Below are positions 46,713 to 58,500 of a DNA stretch of 64,000 bases, in pieces. The stretch is from the IMG/VR virus record IMGVR_UViG_3300045996_000435; one strand, 5' to 3'. A model generated the notes under the pieces. That model made no database searches and was not told the origin of the DNA. It saw only the letters and a list, made by a program, of their open reading frames with translations. This stretch comes from an uncultured virus (IMG/VR IMGVR_UViG_3300045996_000435). Taxonomy: Duplodnaviria; Heunggongvirae; Uroviricota; Caudoviricetes. Position 1 is the first letter of the stretch. Each line of letters begins with the position of its first letter. The translations under genes and the position numbers were made by a program.

Positions 46713-49514
46713 ATGCCTAGTTTCCTTCATAAATCAGAGTTTGTACCTATTCAGCCTTATGCTCATCCAATGGAGTTGCAGGCTAAGGCGTTAATGTATA
46801 GAGACAACAAAGTTAAAGAAGGCTTACAGTCTATTAGAAGTAAGTATGATTCTATACTCTCCTACCAACTAACTAATCCAGAAAACCAAGAATTCGTTAG
46901 AAATGAATTAAAATCTGCTTTGGGTAGACTCGATAGTTTATCTGGAGCAGATCTTTCTCTTCCTGAGAATGTTGGTATGGCTATGTCTACATTTGATCCT
47001 ATTACAAGTGACAGAAAGCTTTTAGAAGATATTTCTTTTACTAGGCATATGGCTGGAGAGAAAGCAAAAATAGAATCTCTTCAAACATCTCATCCTGATT
47101 TAGTTACTCCACAAAACATATTGCCTGTTTTAGAGGCTGAAAATAATTATCGTAATGCAAGGGTAAGAACTGGGCAGTCAGGTAGTCCTGAGTTTGCTAA
47201 GTTTGAACCCTATTATAATTTTGAGAAAACGCATAATGAGTTTCTTACAAAGATTAAAGCTGATATAGATCAACAATTTTCAGATATTCATTATGAAATA
47301 GATATGCCAGATGGTTCTAAAAAAACTGTTGGTATGTTAACTGTACAAGAAAAAGAAGAATTATCAAAATATAAGGTACGCCAGGCTTTGATGTCAGAGT
47401 TTAATTCTGATCCTAAAGCTATGCGTCAGATGATGCTTGATCATCAGTATAATACCAAAATGGAGTTATACAATCCTGAAGAATTAATGACTCGTTTAAA
47501 AGGAGAAACAGATTCTTGGGATGTTAAGATTAAACAAATGCAAAGCCAAGTTGCTCAAGCTAAAGCTATGGGAGTATTAAGTCCAGAGCAGGAAGCACAA
47601 GCAAGTGGGCATATTAAAGAATTAGAAAGCATTAGAGATTCCTATAAAAATAGATATAGTAGTGTAGCAGGAAATCCTTCAGCTTATCAGTTTACCATGG
47701 GAGACCTCGTAGATTCTTATGTTACTAAACAAGAGAATAGATGGTCTTATAGTCAAAAGAAGAAATTGGATTTGGCTCCGGGTCAAACTGAAGTATTTAA
47801 ATTTACTACAGAGAGCTGGCTAAAACAACTTCAGGCTTCTCTTGATATTGCTACTGAAAAGGCTAAAAGTCAAATTAAAATTGAGTTTGATGCTGCTGAT
47901 AGATGGATAAATTCAGATGGTACTCCTGCAGATAGAGTATGGTTGTATGAAGTTAGTGAAGCTGTAGAAACTAGAGGTAGTTATTCTACTGAACAGAATG
48001 ATCCTTCATTACGTGCTCTTGCTGGAGACGTTGATCCTAAAGATGATAAGATTACAATTAATGTTGATAGTGCTGGATTAGAAGGTACTGGAATTATTGT
48101 CAAACCTGCTGTATTAGGAGATAACGTTGAAGCAACAAAAGGTTATACATTCCTTACAGCTTTAAATAAAGGCGTTCAAGATATTGCTAAAATTAATAAT
48201 AAAGAGTTTCAGACTGAAGTTAAACATGTTCAAGGTAAGTCTGATATTCCTTATAGTACTTGGAAGTCGATGTCTTCAAGTGAAAAAGCTAATAAGCTAT
48301 TTAAACTATATAAAGACTATAAAGCTAATCCTAAATCCTTTAAATATACGAGTTCAATGGATTTAATTGTGCCTACTTTAGAGGGCATGGGAATTACAGC
48401 ATCTAGTACAGAAGTTGATTTTACTAAGAAGTATAGTGATGCTTTAACACATACTAATCTTTCTGAAGATCAAGTATCAACAATAGTTGACGCCGGTATT
48501 AAACTTAGTGAAAAAATTCATGGTAAATTTGAGTTTATTCCTGCAACAAAAGATCAAGTAAAAGGATTAGATAATGGTAAATTAGGTGTTGATGGTTGGT
48601 TATTGATGCCAAAGACTGTAGCAGCTAGTAATAAGATACCTGTTGCAGAAATGCAAGCCGCAGGATTATTAAAAAATACATTCAACGAAGAGCAACTTAG
48701 TTATCTTAAAAGTGATAATACTACTGATTATAAAGATTGGGTTGCTATTAAAATAATTAAACCTGTTGATGGAAACAATCAACAAATATTAGAAGCTACG
48801 CAGAAAGCCAGAACTACTTTAACAGGTCAAGATGCAGATAAGTATCTAAAACGATCACAAAAGTTTTGGACAGAATATGAATCTTCTAAAGCAAATTGGG
48901 CAGATTTAGTTCATACTGCTAAATCTAATATAGGTAAGCAATTAGAAGAAGGTAAGATTACTGCAGAAGAAGCAGAAAAGAAACTGAATCAAGTAAGGCA
49001 GTTTGACGAAAATAATAATAAAGGTCTTAGTAGATATCAGAAAGCTTGGAACTTAAAAACGTTACAAGGTCTTACACTGGGAGGTGCTTCAGTAAAGGCT
49101 ATAGAGTTTCTTAAGAGAGATGATATAGAAGGTTTTTATGAAAAAGCTTATCCAGATGGTGGAAGGTATAGTATAGGTTATGGTACTTATGCTACATCTA
49201 GAGATCAAAAGATTACTAAAGAAGAAGCTGAGCAAGCTCTACAACAAGAAGTAACACAAGCAACACAACAAGTAGATGCTGCAGTTAAAGCTCCTTTAGT
49301 GGATGAACAAAAGGCTGCTCTTATATCATTAACATATAATGCAGGTTTTGGAATATCTCAGAGAGTAATTAATTTAATTAACTCTGGAGCTAGTGAAGAT
49401 GAAATTAAAAAGGTTTGGTTAAACCTTGCACTTACAGAAAAAGGGGCTCATCATAAAGGTCCAATTTTAAAATCAAGAAGAGAAAAAGAGGTAGCCCTCT
49501 ATTTCGGTAAATAA
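46713..49514 (+). CDS. Ejection protein with C-terminal GH24-type lysozyme domain
   Basis: EGFYEKAYPDGGRYSIGYG..ITKEEAEQ..ALISLTYNAG..RREKE. Confidence 0.8.
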   Translation: MPSFLHKSEFVPIQPYAHPMELQAKALMYRDNKVKEGLQSIRSKYDSILSYQLTNPENQEFVRNELKSALGRLDSLSGADLSLPENVGMAMSTFDPITSDRKLLEDISFTRHMAGEKAKIESLQTSHPDLVTPQNILPVLEAENNYRNARVRTGQSGSPEFAKFEPYYNFEKTHNEFLTKIKADIDQQFSDIHYEIDMPDGSKKTVGMLTVQEKEELSKYKVRQALMSEFNSDPKAMRQMMLDHQYNTKMELYNPEELMTRLKGETDSWDVKIKQMQSQVAQAKAMGVLSPEQEAQASGHIKELESIRDSYKNRYSSVAGNPSAYQFTMGDLVDSYVTKQENRWSYSQKKKLDLAPGQTEVFKFTTESWLKQLQASLDIATEKAKSQIKIEFDAADRWINSDGTPADRVWLYEVSEAVETRGSYSTEQNDPSLRALAGDVDPKDDKITINVDSAGLEGTGIIVKPAVLGDNVEATKGYTFLTALNKGVQDIAKINNKEFQTEVKHVQGKSDIPYSTWKSMSSSEKANKLFKLYKDYKANPKSFKYTSSMDLIVPTLEGMGITASSTEVDFTKKYSDALTHTNLSEDQVSTIVDAGIKLSEKIHGKFEFIPATKDQVKGLDNGKLGVDGWLLMPKTVAASNKIPVAEMQAAGLLKNTFNEEQLSYLKSDNTTDYKDWVAIKIIKPVDGNNQQILEATQKARTTLTGQDADKYLKRSQKFWTEYESSKANWADLVHTAKSNIGKQLEEGKITAEEAEKKLNQVRQFDENNNKGLSRYQKAWNLKTLQGLTLGGASVKAIEFLKRDDIEGFYEKAYPDGGRYSIGYGTYATSRDQKITKEEAEQALQQEVTQATQQVDAAVKAPLVDEQKAALISLTYNAGFGISQRVINLINSGASEDEIKKVWLNLALTEKGAHHKGPILKSRREKEVALYFGK

Positions 49515-49523
49515 AAAATCATT

Positions 49524-52500
49524 ATGGCAGACGGATTAATGTTCAATCCTGATCAACTTTTAAATAGTCTTCGTCAAAATTTTGGGGCTCCTAGTAATAA
49601 CTATAACCCTGAATTTAATTTTAAACCTTCCACTACTTATGGAGGGTTTAATAGTCCTACGCCTATACTAACTGATAGTAGTTACTATGATTTAGATAGA
49701 ATTGCTTTTCAATCTAACTTTACAAATGGTTGGAATTCATTTATACAAGGTATTAATGAAACACAAGTTTCAGTTACTAAGTATGACTACTTTACAGCTA
49801 AAGCTAATATTGCCGATATAGAAGGATATTCACCATCTACAGGTAAACTTAAAGAACTTGATTACAAACTTAATTCTAGACAAATTTCTCTAGAAGATTA
49901 TAATAAACAAAAAGCTGCATTAGATTCAGAACTTAGTTCATTATATCAATCTCTTCGAAAGTTAGAAGAAGATATGGCAGGAGATCATGCTGATATGGCT
50001 GACAATCCTGTTTCTAAAAGATATGCTCTTAAAGAACAACTGGTTCAATCTCAAGGTAATGATGCTGCACTGTGGGATCAGCTTACCTATGCAATGCCTC
50101 GTGTATCTGGTAGTTCTGCTTCATTAGCAGCTACAGCTCTTACTGCTAATTTAGGTGCAAGGCTTGCTAAACAAGTTGTTGGACGTGCTGCTGCTGGTTT
50201 ATGGGGTGGGCATGTTGGCGCAGCTATTGGAGCTATTTCAGGTCTTATATCTTTCTTAGCTCCTATGGCATATGCTAGGCACTTAGAGTCTAAAGCAGAA
50301 GTAGGTGGTGCAGTAGATAATGCTTATCAGGAACTTAAATTTAAAAAAGAAGAAGAGTTAGGACGGCCTTTAAGTGAAGCTGATCCTAATGATAAAGTCG
50401 TACTTAATGGTTTAGTTAAACAAGCCATGGAAGGTTCTGACAGACAATATTGGAAGAATATGTCTCTAGTAGCTTCTGACTGGATGCAAGCTGCTATACT
50501 TCCTGGTGTATTTGGTAGATTTGGTACTATGTTAAATACTACCAATAAATTAACTAGGCTTGGAGCTAGAGCAGGAACTTTAGCTGCAATGGGTAAATTA
50601 GAAGCTTTAGAAGAAGGTCTTCAGTTTGGATTTGAACATGAAAAGCAACAAGCTTCTCAAGGTTATAAACCAAATAAAAATTTCTTAGAGAGCTTAGGAG
50701 GCGATTATGTAGATGTACTTTCTTCTATGGATTTTGGTCCTATTAGAGGAAATGGTAAATATGGAGATAATAAACAGTTTCAGTTTGCTACTGATGCTGG
50801 ATTCTTGTTAGGTACTTTAATGGCTGGTCCAGGTACTATTTTACAAACAGCAAAAGATGTTTATAATTATAAGAAAACTAATCAAAAGTTAAGAGATGCT
50901 TCTTTGCTAAATACTGAAGAGAATACGCTTAAACTTAAAGATGAAGTTTATCAACAATTCTTTGAGGGAACTCCACAAAGAAGTTCTAATGTGTATCGTA
51001 TGCTTGGTTTTGGAACTGAAGCAGATGATCGTGTACATTATTTAATTGAAGGTATTAAAGGTCTTCGTGGTAAGAAAGACGAAGAAGGTAATCTCATTAT
51101 GTCTGATGATGAGATCAGTAAAGAACTTTCTGATATAAAGAAGGCATATAAGATCTATCATAACATTGGTAAGTCTATAGATAAGATTTTAATTCCTTAC
51201 GGTAAGGAAAATGTTGGTGCTTATAAAGTAGCAGCTCATGCATTTAAGCAAGATTTATTCCATACAACTATGGGATTGATACGTACTAATGAACGTATTA
51301 CTGATGCTTATGCTGCACATGAAGGTCAGGTTGCTTTGACTGAAACTAATCCTGTAATAAGGCCCTTAGCAAGTGCTATGGCTAAATTAGAAGCTGCTGA
51401 AGACTTACTTAAAACAGTTCAAGATACAGCAACAGATGGTAAAGCAAAAGAACAAAGAATAAAAGATTTAAATACCTATATAAAGGAAACTCAAGAAGAA
51501 GTTACTCTTAATCTTGATTTGGCTGGTGTTAAACAATCTGATGTAGCAATGCTTCAGCAATATAAAGATAATGCTGCAGAATTAGTACGTCAAGAAATGT
51601 ATAGAAAAGATTTAGAAAGAAAACAAAAAGATCTTTCTAAAGTTAGTCTATTTAAAGGTAAGTATAAAAATCCATTTACTGGAGCTGAACATAGTGGATT
51701 AATTGATTGGTTTACTGGAAGAAGTATTACTCGTCAAAGTGATGCAGAAGATGCACTTTTTGAGCTTACATTAGAAGGTGCTAAAATGTATGCTGATGGT
51801 CAAAAGAAATCTCGTACTAAGTCTTGGGCTGATTTGTCAGCAGAAGAGAAAGTAAATAGAAGGGCCCAAAATGCAGATATACTTAAGAAAGCTCAATTTA
51901 CAGATGAAGAAGTAACTGCTATGTCCGAGGAAGAAGCTGATGCGAAAGCAGATGATATCCTCGAAGATTTTTCTAGCAAACGTATGCCCTTTAATGAAGG
52001 CGATACTCTTGCTAGATTAGCTACTATGGATGCAGAAGAGTTTGATCGTATGAAAGGTAAGCCTCAATTTAGAAGTAACTTAAGTAAGTTATTTCCTAAT
52101 TGGGAAAATACTACGTTTGATATTCTTAAACAGGCAGCTGAAGATAGACTTAAAAAGAAAGCTGAAGAAACTAAAAAAACTGGTAAGAAGAAGCCTATTA
52201 CAGGAAATATTGATTCTTTTAATGGAATTGTTGGAAGAAAAAAAGATTCTTCTGATACTCGTACTTATAATGAGTTTCTTACTTTATTAAATATAAACAA
52301 TAATGAAAGTACTCAAAAAGAAGTACTAGAATTTATTATAGCTAGTGATTTTGCTAGTCCTCAAGAAAAGCAATTAGCAAAAGAACTTTTGAGTTTGACT
52401 AAAAGTTCAGATAAAATTATCTTTACTGATTTATCTACTCCTGGTCTTTATACTAGATTAGGCTCTGGAGATCTTGTAGATCAAGTTGCAATTGATTTAA

Positions 52501-55500
52501 GATTTCTTAGTGATGATTATGACAATACAGGACTTGCTATAGAAGCAGTTGTTCTTCATGAACTTATTCATAAATATACTATTAATTCTATTAATGACAA
52601 TCCAGATCTTCAACAGAGAGTAACTGAATTGTTTACAACGGCTAAAGAAGCTGCAATTGCGCAAGGACTTACTTTACCTCATTATTATGGATTAACTAAT
52701 GAAGCTGAACTTCTTGCAGAAGGTATGGTTTCACCTCAATTTCAAGAATTTTTAAAGAGAATTAAATTTGATTCTAAGAAAACATATTGGGATAAGTTTC
52801 TTGAATTAGTTAATCAAGCTTTAGCTGCTTTAGGTATTAATACTACTAAAACTGCACTAGATGAATTAATTTCTATTGTAAGTGAAGCTGCAACGTTTAA
52901 AGGATTTGATGCTTTAAAAGATAAGTATCAAAGTCAAGCTAAAGAAATAGTAAAAGCAGCAGCAACTGTTGAGGATGCTATTAATAGTGTTAATCCTATT
53001 CTTGATGAGATAAGTGGACTTAGACAGAATACAAGTATTACTGATGTTCAATATCAGATGCTGTATAATGCTGTTATGGAAGAAGTAGGACTTCGTGGGA
53101 ATCAACTTGCTGCAGAGTTAGCAGCTAATTATACCGTTCTTATAGAAGGCTTTACTCTTACTCCTAATATGTATATTGTTTTACAGAATGGTAAGTATGC
53201 ACGTATTGAATCAGTAGGCAAAGATAAAAAAGGAAATCCAGCAGTTAGATACCAATATAAAGATAATGGTGGTGCAACTGTTAAGATGACTGTAACGGGA
53301 GGACTTAAAGCAGCTTTCAGAACTTACAATGAGATGAAGGCCTATTTAGAAAATGAAGGTCAGGAAGCAGAACCTGATATCATTTTAGAAGAGCCTGTTG
53401 TTATGGGATTAAGTCACCCAGACGATATCAGAGGATATTGGTTTAAATTAGGTCAATCGAAGAACGGTACTTTTTTTGTAGAAAATACAAAAGCAGGTAC
53501 AGATGGTAAAGTGTTTACTTTTCGTGTTCTTGGAGATGCTAAAGAATATATTAGAAGTCAAGTAGCAGGTAGTGAAGTATCAGTTACTGATAGGGATATA
53601 GAAGCTAAGAAAGCTGATATAGAAAGAAGAAGGCAGGAAGAATTAGAGGAAAATGCTTATAGAATAAAAGTTAAGAAAGAAAGTAGAAGAAGTAGGGAAG
53701 ATGATGGAACTATTATAAAAGTAGTTATTACTACTATGCAAGATGGTAGTAAAGTTGCATATACTGAAATTGATGGAAATAGAACTGCTCCAACAACTTA
53801 TTCCAAAGATTTATCTAATGATAAAATATATGAAGCAAGTTCTCCAAATGCAGAAGAGTGGATAGATAAAGAAGCTATAGAAGAAGCTGTACCAAAGTCT
53901 AATGTAACTGAAAAAATCAATGCTAAATATGATGCTGAGTTAGCTTTACTTCCAAATAATACGTCTGTTTCAGAAGAAACAAAAGTTATTCTTGCTACTA
54001 TTGATTCAATAGATAATGAGAGTCCAGAACTTTTAAATAGGCTTAATGAACTTGCCAATGAAGATGATGAATATAAAATGGCAGGTGAGTTGTTTGATCC
54101 TAAAACATTAGAGTCAGTACAAAAAGTTGTACAAGCTGCTTTAAAAGATGGAAAGAATAATTTTGTGGATATAATGAAGTTTGCTGCAAAGCATATCTCT
54201 AAAGATAAGCTTCAGAATGTTTATAATAAAATGAGAGCTGGTTATGCATTTGTTTATGCACAGCTTTCTGAGAAAGGACAATTAATAGAAGATCCTGCTT
54301 TTTTAGTTAACTTAATGAATAACAAGTATACTCTTGACGATATACTTGCTATGGCTGCTGCTCCTGTAACTCAACAAGAGAAAGTAGTTCCTTATGCAGA
54401 TTTACGAGAAGAGAATATAGCTAATAGAGATTTTAGAGCTGGTGTTCTTTATAAAACTGCTGCTCAAGATTTTGAAGTATTGGATATAGATGGTAATAAG
54501 ATTTATAGTAAAGATATTAAGAAAGAACCAGTAGCTGCAAGACGTAGGAACTTTTTGTCTTATCTTTATAAAGAAGTTGAGCGTAGTGGTAAAACACCTA
54601 CAGACTTAGGGTTCTTTGGTCTTATGACTAAAGATAGTCTTGCTTACCCACATGATGCAGAAGATGTAGCTTTTTTAACTACTAAGCCTGAAGCAGCTGG
54701 TGAAATTATTGTTTTAGTTGATAAAGATTTACAGCCTATTAAAATTAACGATAAGGGAGAACCTGATGCGAATGGTGAAGTATTGACTATGTACTTCGAG
54801 AGTCCTGAAAAATTAAGAAAGAGGGCTGATAAAGAAGGGGATCTTAAGTCAGTATGTAAACTTAATAATTTAATTACTTATTCTCCACAAGGAGATGAGG
54901 TATTTGATTTTAATACTGCTAGAGAAATGCTTACTAATGCTGCAGAGAATATTGAGCATTTAAGAGCAGAAGTAAAAGATAATAAACAAGTACTTGTAAC
55001 TTTTAATCAAGTTACGCCAGGCATTCGTCAAACCAGTAAAGAAGGTGTAACAACTACTTTCTTAATAGGTAAGAATGTTAAAGCCCACTTAATGGATACT
55101 CCAATTAAGAAGGGTGGTAATATTGGATACTCAAGTACTGCTAAGAATAAGAAAGGTCGTTTGGGTTATGCTTATGTAGATTATAAAGGAGACTTTATAG
55201 AATTGCAGAGGGATATTTTACCTGATAATATTATAGAACTGATTAGTTATGTTATTAATAATCGTGATACTATTGATGCTACTACAAAAGAAGAGCTTAA
55301 AACATTCTTTAGGAATATCAAGAAAAACTCACAACTAGATATAAATGTTTATACTGGTAGGGTTACTTTAGAGGGCACTGTATTAACTCCAGATCAATTT
55401 GCTGTTGAATTAAAACGTGCAGTGTTGTCTTTTTCTTCAGATGTTATTAATCAGAACTTTAAAGAATTCTATTTAGAAAATGGAGAATTAAAATCAAGGG

Positions 55501-58500
55501 TAACTCCTTATAATGATTTTATGTTCCGTTATTATAAGATGTTTGTGAAACTAGATGAGAATGGTGAACCTTTGTTTGCCAATGCTTATTTAGCATATCA
55601 ACCTTCTAATGTAATGGAGATTATAAAGGGTGAACAGAATGTAGAAGAAATTAAAAAGCAAGAACAAGAAGAAGTTAAAGCAGAAGAAGTTATTACTCCA
55701 TTAGAAGTAAGAGTAGAAGGTGTTAATAAAACTAAAGAAGAAATCTTAAAAGAGATTGCTGAGCGTAAAGCTAAACTTCAGAAGAAAGCTGATAATGTAG
55801 ATGTACGTCTTAGAAAAGATGAAGGTAATATTACTGGATTACCTCGCTCTATTTATCTAGAAAATGATACTGATTTAACAGTTAGTCCAGAAGAGCAAGA
55901 TTGGTTTAAAACTACTCTTGCTGGTGTATATTCTGGTAAGTTTGCTTCTCGTCATATGAAGCTTGTTAAAGAGCTAATTAATTCAGACTCTTGGGGACTT
56001 TTTGCAGAGAGTGGTACGATACTTGTAGAGAACGCTCCTGAAGGTACTTTGTACCATGAAGCTTGGCATGAGTTTACTCAATTATATCTTACTCTTAAAG
56101 AGAAGAAGGCTTTATATAACGAAGCTAGAAAGCAAGGCGAAAGTGATTATCAAGTAGAAGAAAGATTAGCAGAAGAGTTTAGAGCATACGCACTTAAACC
56201 CAGAAAACCTAAATATAGTATATTTGAGAGAATATTAAACTTTATTAAGCAAACATTCTTTGGTAAAGTATCTGTTGATGTTTTGTTTGATAAGTTATAT
56301 AAAGGAGAGATTAATAAATATAATCCTTCTATAAATAATATACAGTTTAAGAGACTTAACGCTGGTATCGCAGATTCAGCAGGAAATGAATTATTCTCTA
56401 ATAAGAGAACACAAACTCTTATTAAGACAATTGATAAGTTAATTTATGATTATATTCATAATGTTCAAGGTTGGTCTTTGTACCGTGTATTCAATGAAGA
56501 GCACGTTTTATTTGCTGCTTATACTTATGCTTACAAGCAGTTTATTGATAAAGACCTTGAGAAGCAGAATCAATTCGAGGAAGCGATTGTAAGAGAAGAA
56601 GATCCAGTAAAACTAGAAAAGATTTATGCTGAAATGGAGTCTCATAGAGATTTGTATGATAGAGTTATTAATAACTTTACTACAATTCTTGAGCACCATA
56701 AGAAGAACTCTAGAACTTTTGTTATTACAGAAGATGAGATTTCTGGTGTATATGATGAAGCTGGAAATATAATCTTTGAAGAAGAGGGTGATGATACTAA
56801 TACTGAGAAAGCTAGTAAGGTATTTGATCAAAAAGCAGGTAATGAAATTTCCTCTATTGATGGAGCTAATAAAGAAACTCGAGCTTTAGTTCGGGGACTT
56901 GCTCGTAGAGTAGATGAAAATAATATTTATATTAATGAATTTGGTTTTCCAGAGCTTGTAGATTTTGCTCAAACTTGGAATAACTTAGCACTTAACCTTG
57001 CCAATACGTATGAGTTTGATAAGATATTAGTTAAGTTGGATAACTTAAAGAATCGTTATCCGGAATATATTGAGTTACTTAAGATCCTTAATGATTATCG
57101 AGTTCATGAAAAAACTGGTCTAGATAAGATATTAATGCTTACAAAGTTTAGACAAGACTTCTCTAGAAGCTTTGTTCCAGTATATGAACTTATCTATGAT
57201 GCTAATACTCTTGAGTATAAAGTAGACGAAACAACTAAGAATAACTTTAAAGCTATTAAGAAATTATTTGATGATAATTTTATTAGTCGTGATGAAAATA
57301 AATATATAAAGAAAGATAAGGATGGTAATAACTATTTAAGTCCTCTTATTTTAGAAGATTTTAATCCTAATGGGTTTTCTAATAAAGGTACAAGAATTAA
57401 ATTCTTGGATGCTTTAGGAATTACGTTTTCAGCTCCTGCCATTAAAGATAGTAGATTTGATGATATCGTAAATAGTTCTAGGCTTACTTTTATTTACAAT
57501 GGTATTAAGCAATTGCTTGATGCTAATGTAAAGATCATGAACCCAACTGAAGATCTTAGTAATAATAGTCGTTATGCTAAATTTGGTTTCTTTGGAGAAA
57601 CTGGAAATCTTAATGCTCTTATTGCAATAGAGTCTAAATATAACTCACTTAACCCTACAGCTTCTATGCAGAATGCTGAAGGTAATACTGTGTATGCACT
57701 TCAATTAAGAAATGCTATTAGTACTATATCTGATTATTTATCAGATTATGTAAACTATCCAACTTATCAAGATTTAATTAGTGAACCTCATTTGGCGTTT
57801 TTAGATTTTACTAAAAATCCTTATGTTAAGAATTCTATCTGGTTAAACAATATGTTTGTACTAGATGAAGAAAGTATACATTTTGGTAAAAGAAAATCTG
57901 TAGATGGTATTTGGAACCCTGAGAAATTAGATCCTGTTGTTATACAGATAGTCAATTTTAATGGTTTGAATGTTGACGCCGAAGGTCTTGATTTAGGTAA
58001 GACAACTACACGTTTGTACGTTGGTGATAAGATGGTTCAGGACTTTACTACATTACTTAAGGCAAGTGGTGGATTTAAAGAAATGATGAGAGCTGGAGAT
58101 AAATCTAGTGCATTTGCTGTTAAATTCTCTTCTTATAGTCAAGCTTTAAATAACCAAAGTAATTTACCAATAGATACTTCTGCATTTAAGAATAATTTGT
58201 TTGGAGGTAAGGATTTCTTAAATATAATGAGTGGATACTTATTTGATGAACTTAAACGTATTCAAGATTATAAGTATAAGAAAGTAGGTACTGATCTTAA
58301 AGCATTTGCTTTAGGTGAAATTAATCTATTTAGAGATTTACTTACTTCTGAAACTAAAACCTCTATTGTAGAGGCTTTAACAGGAGATGCAGATATTAAT
58401 ACAATTATTAACAATCATGCTGCTAAGTTAAGAACTGAACTAGCTGTTTACTTTATTAAACAATTTAATAGTAGAGTTGACAGCTTTAATGATAAGGGTC

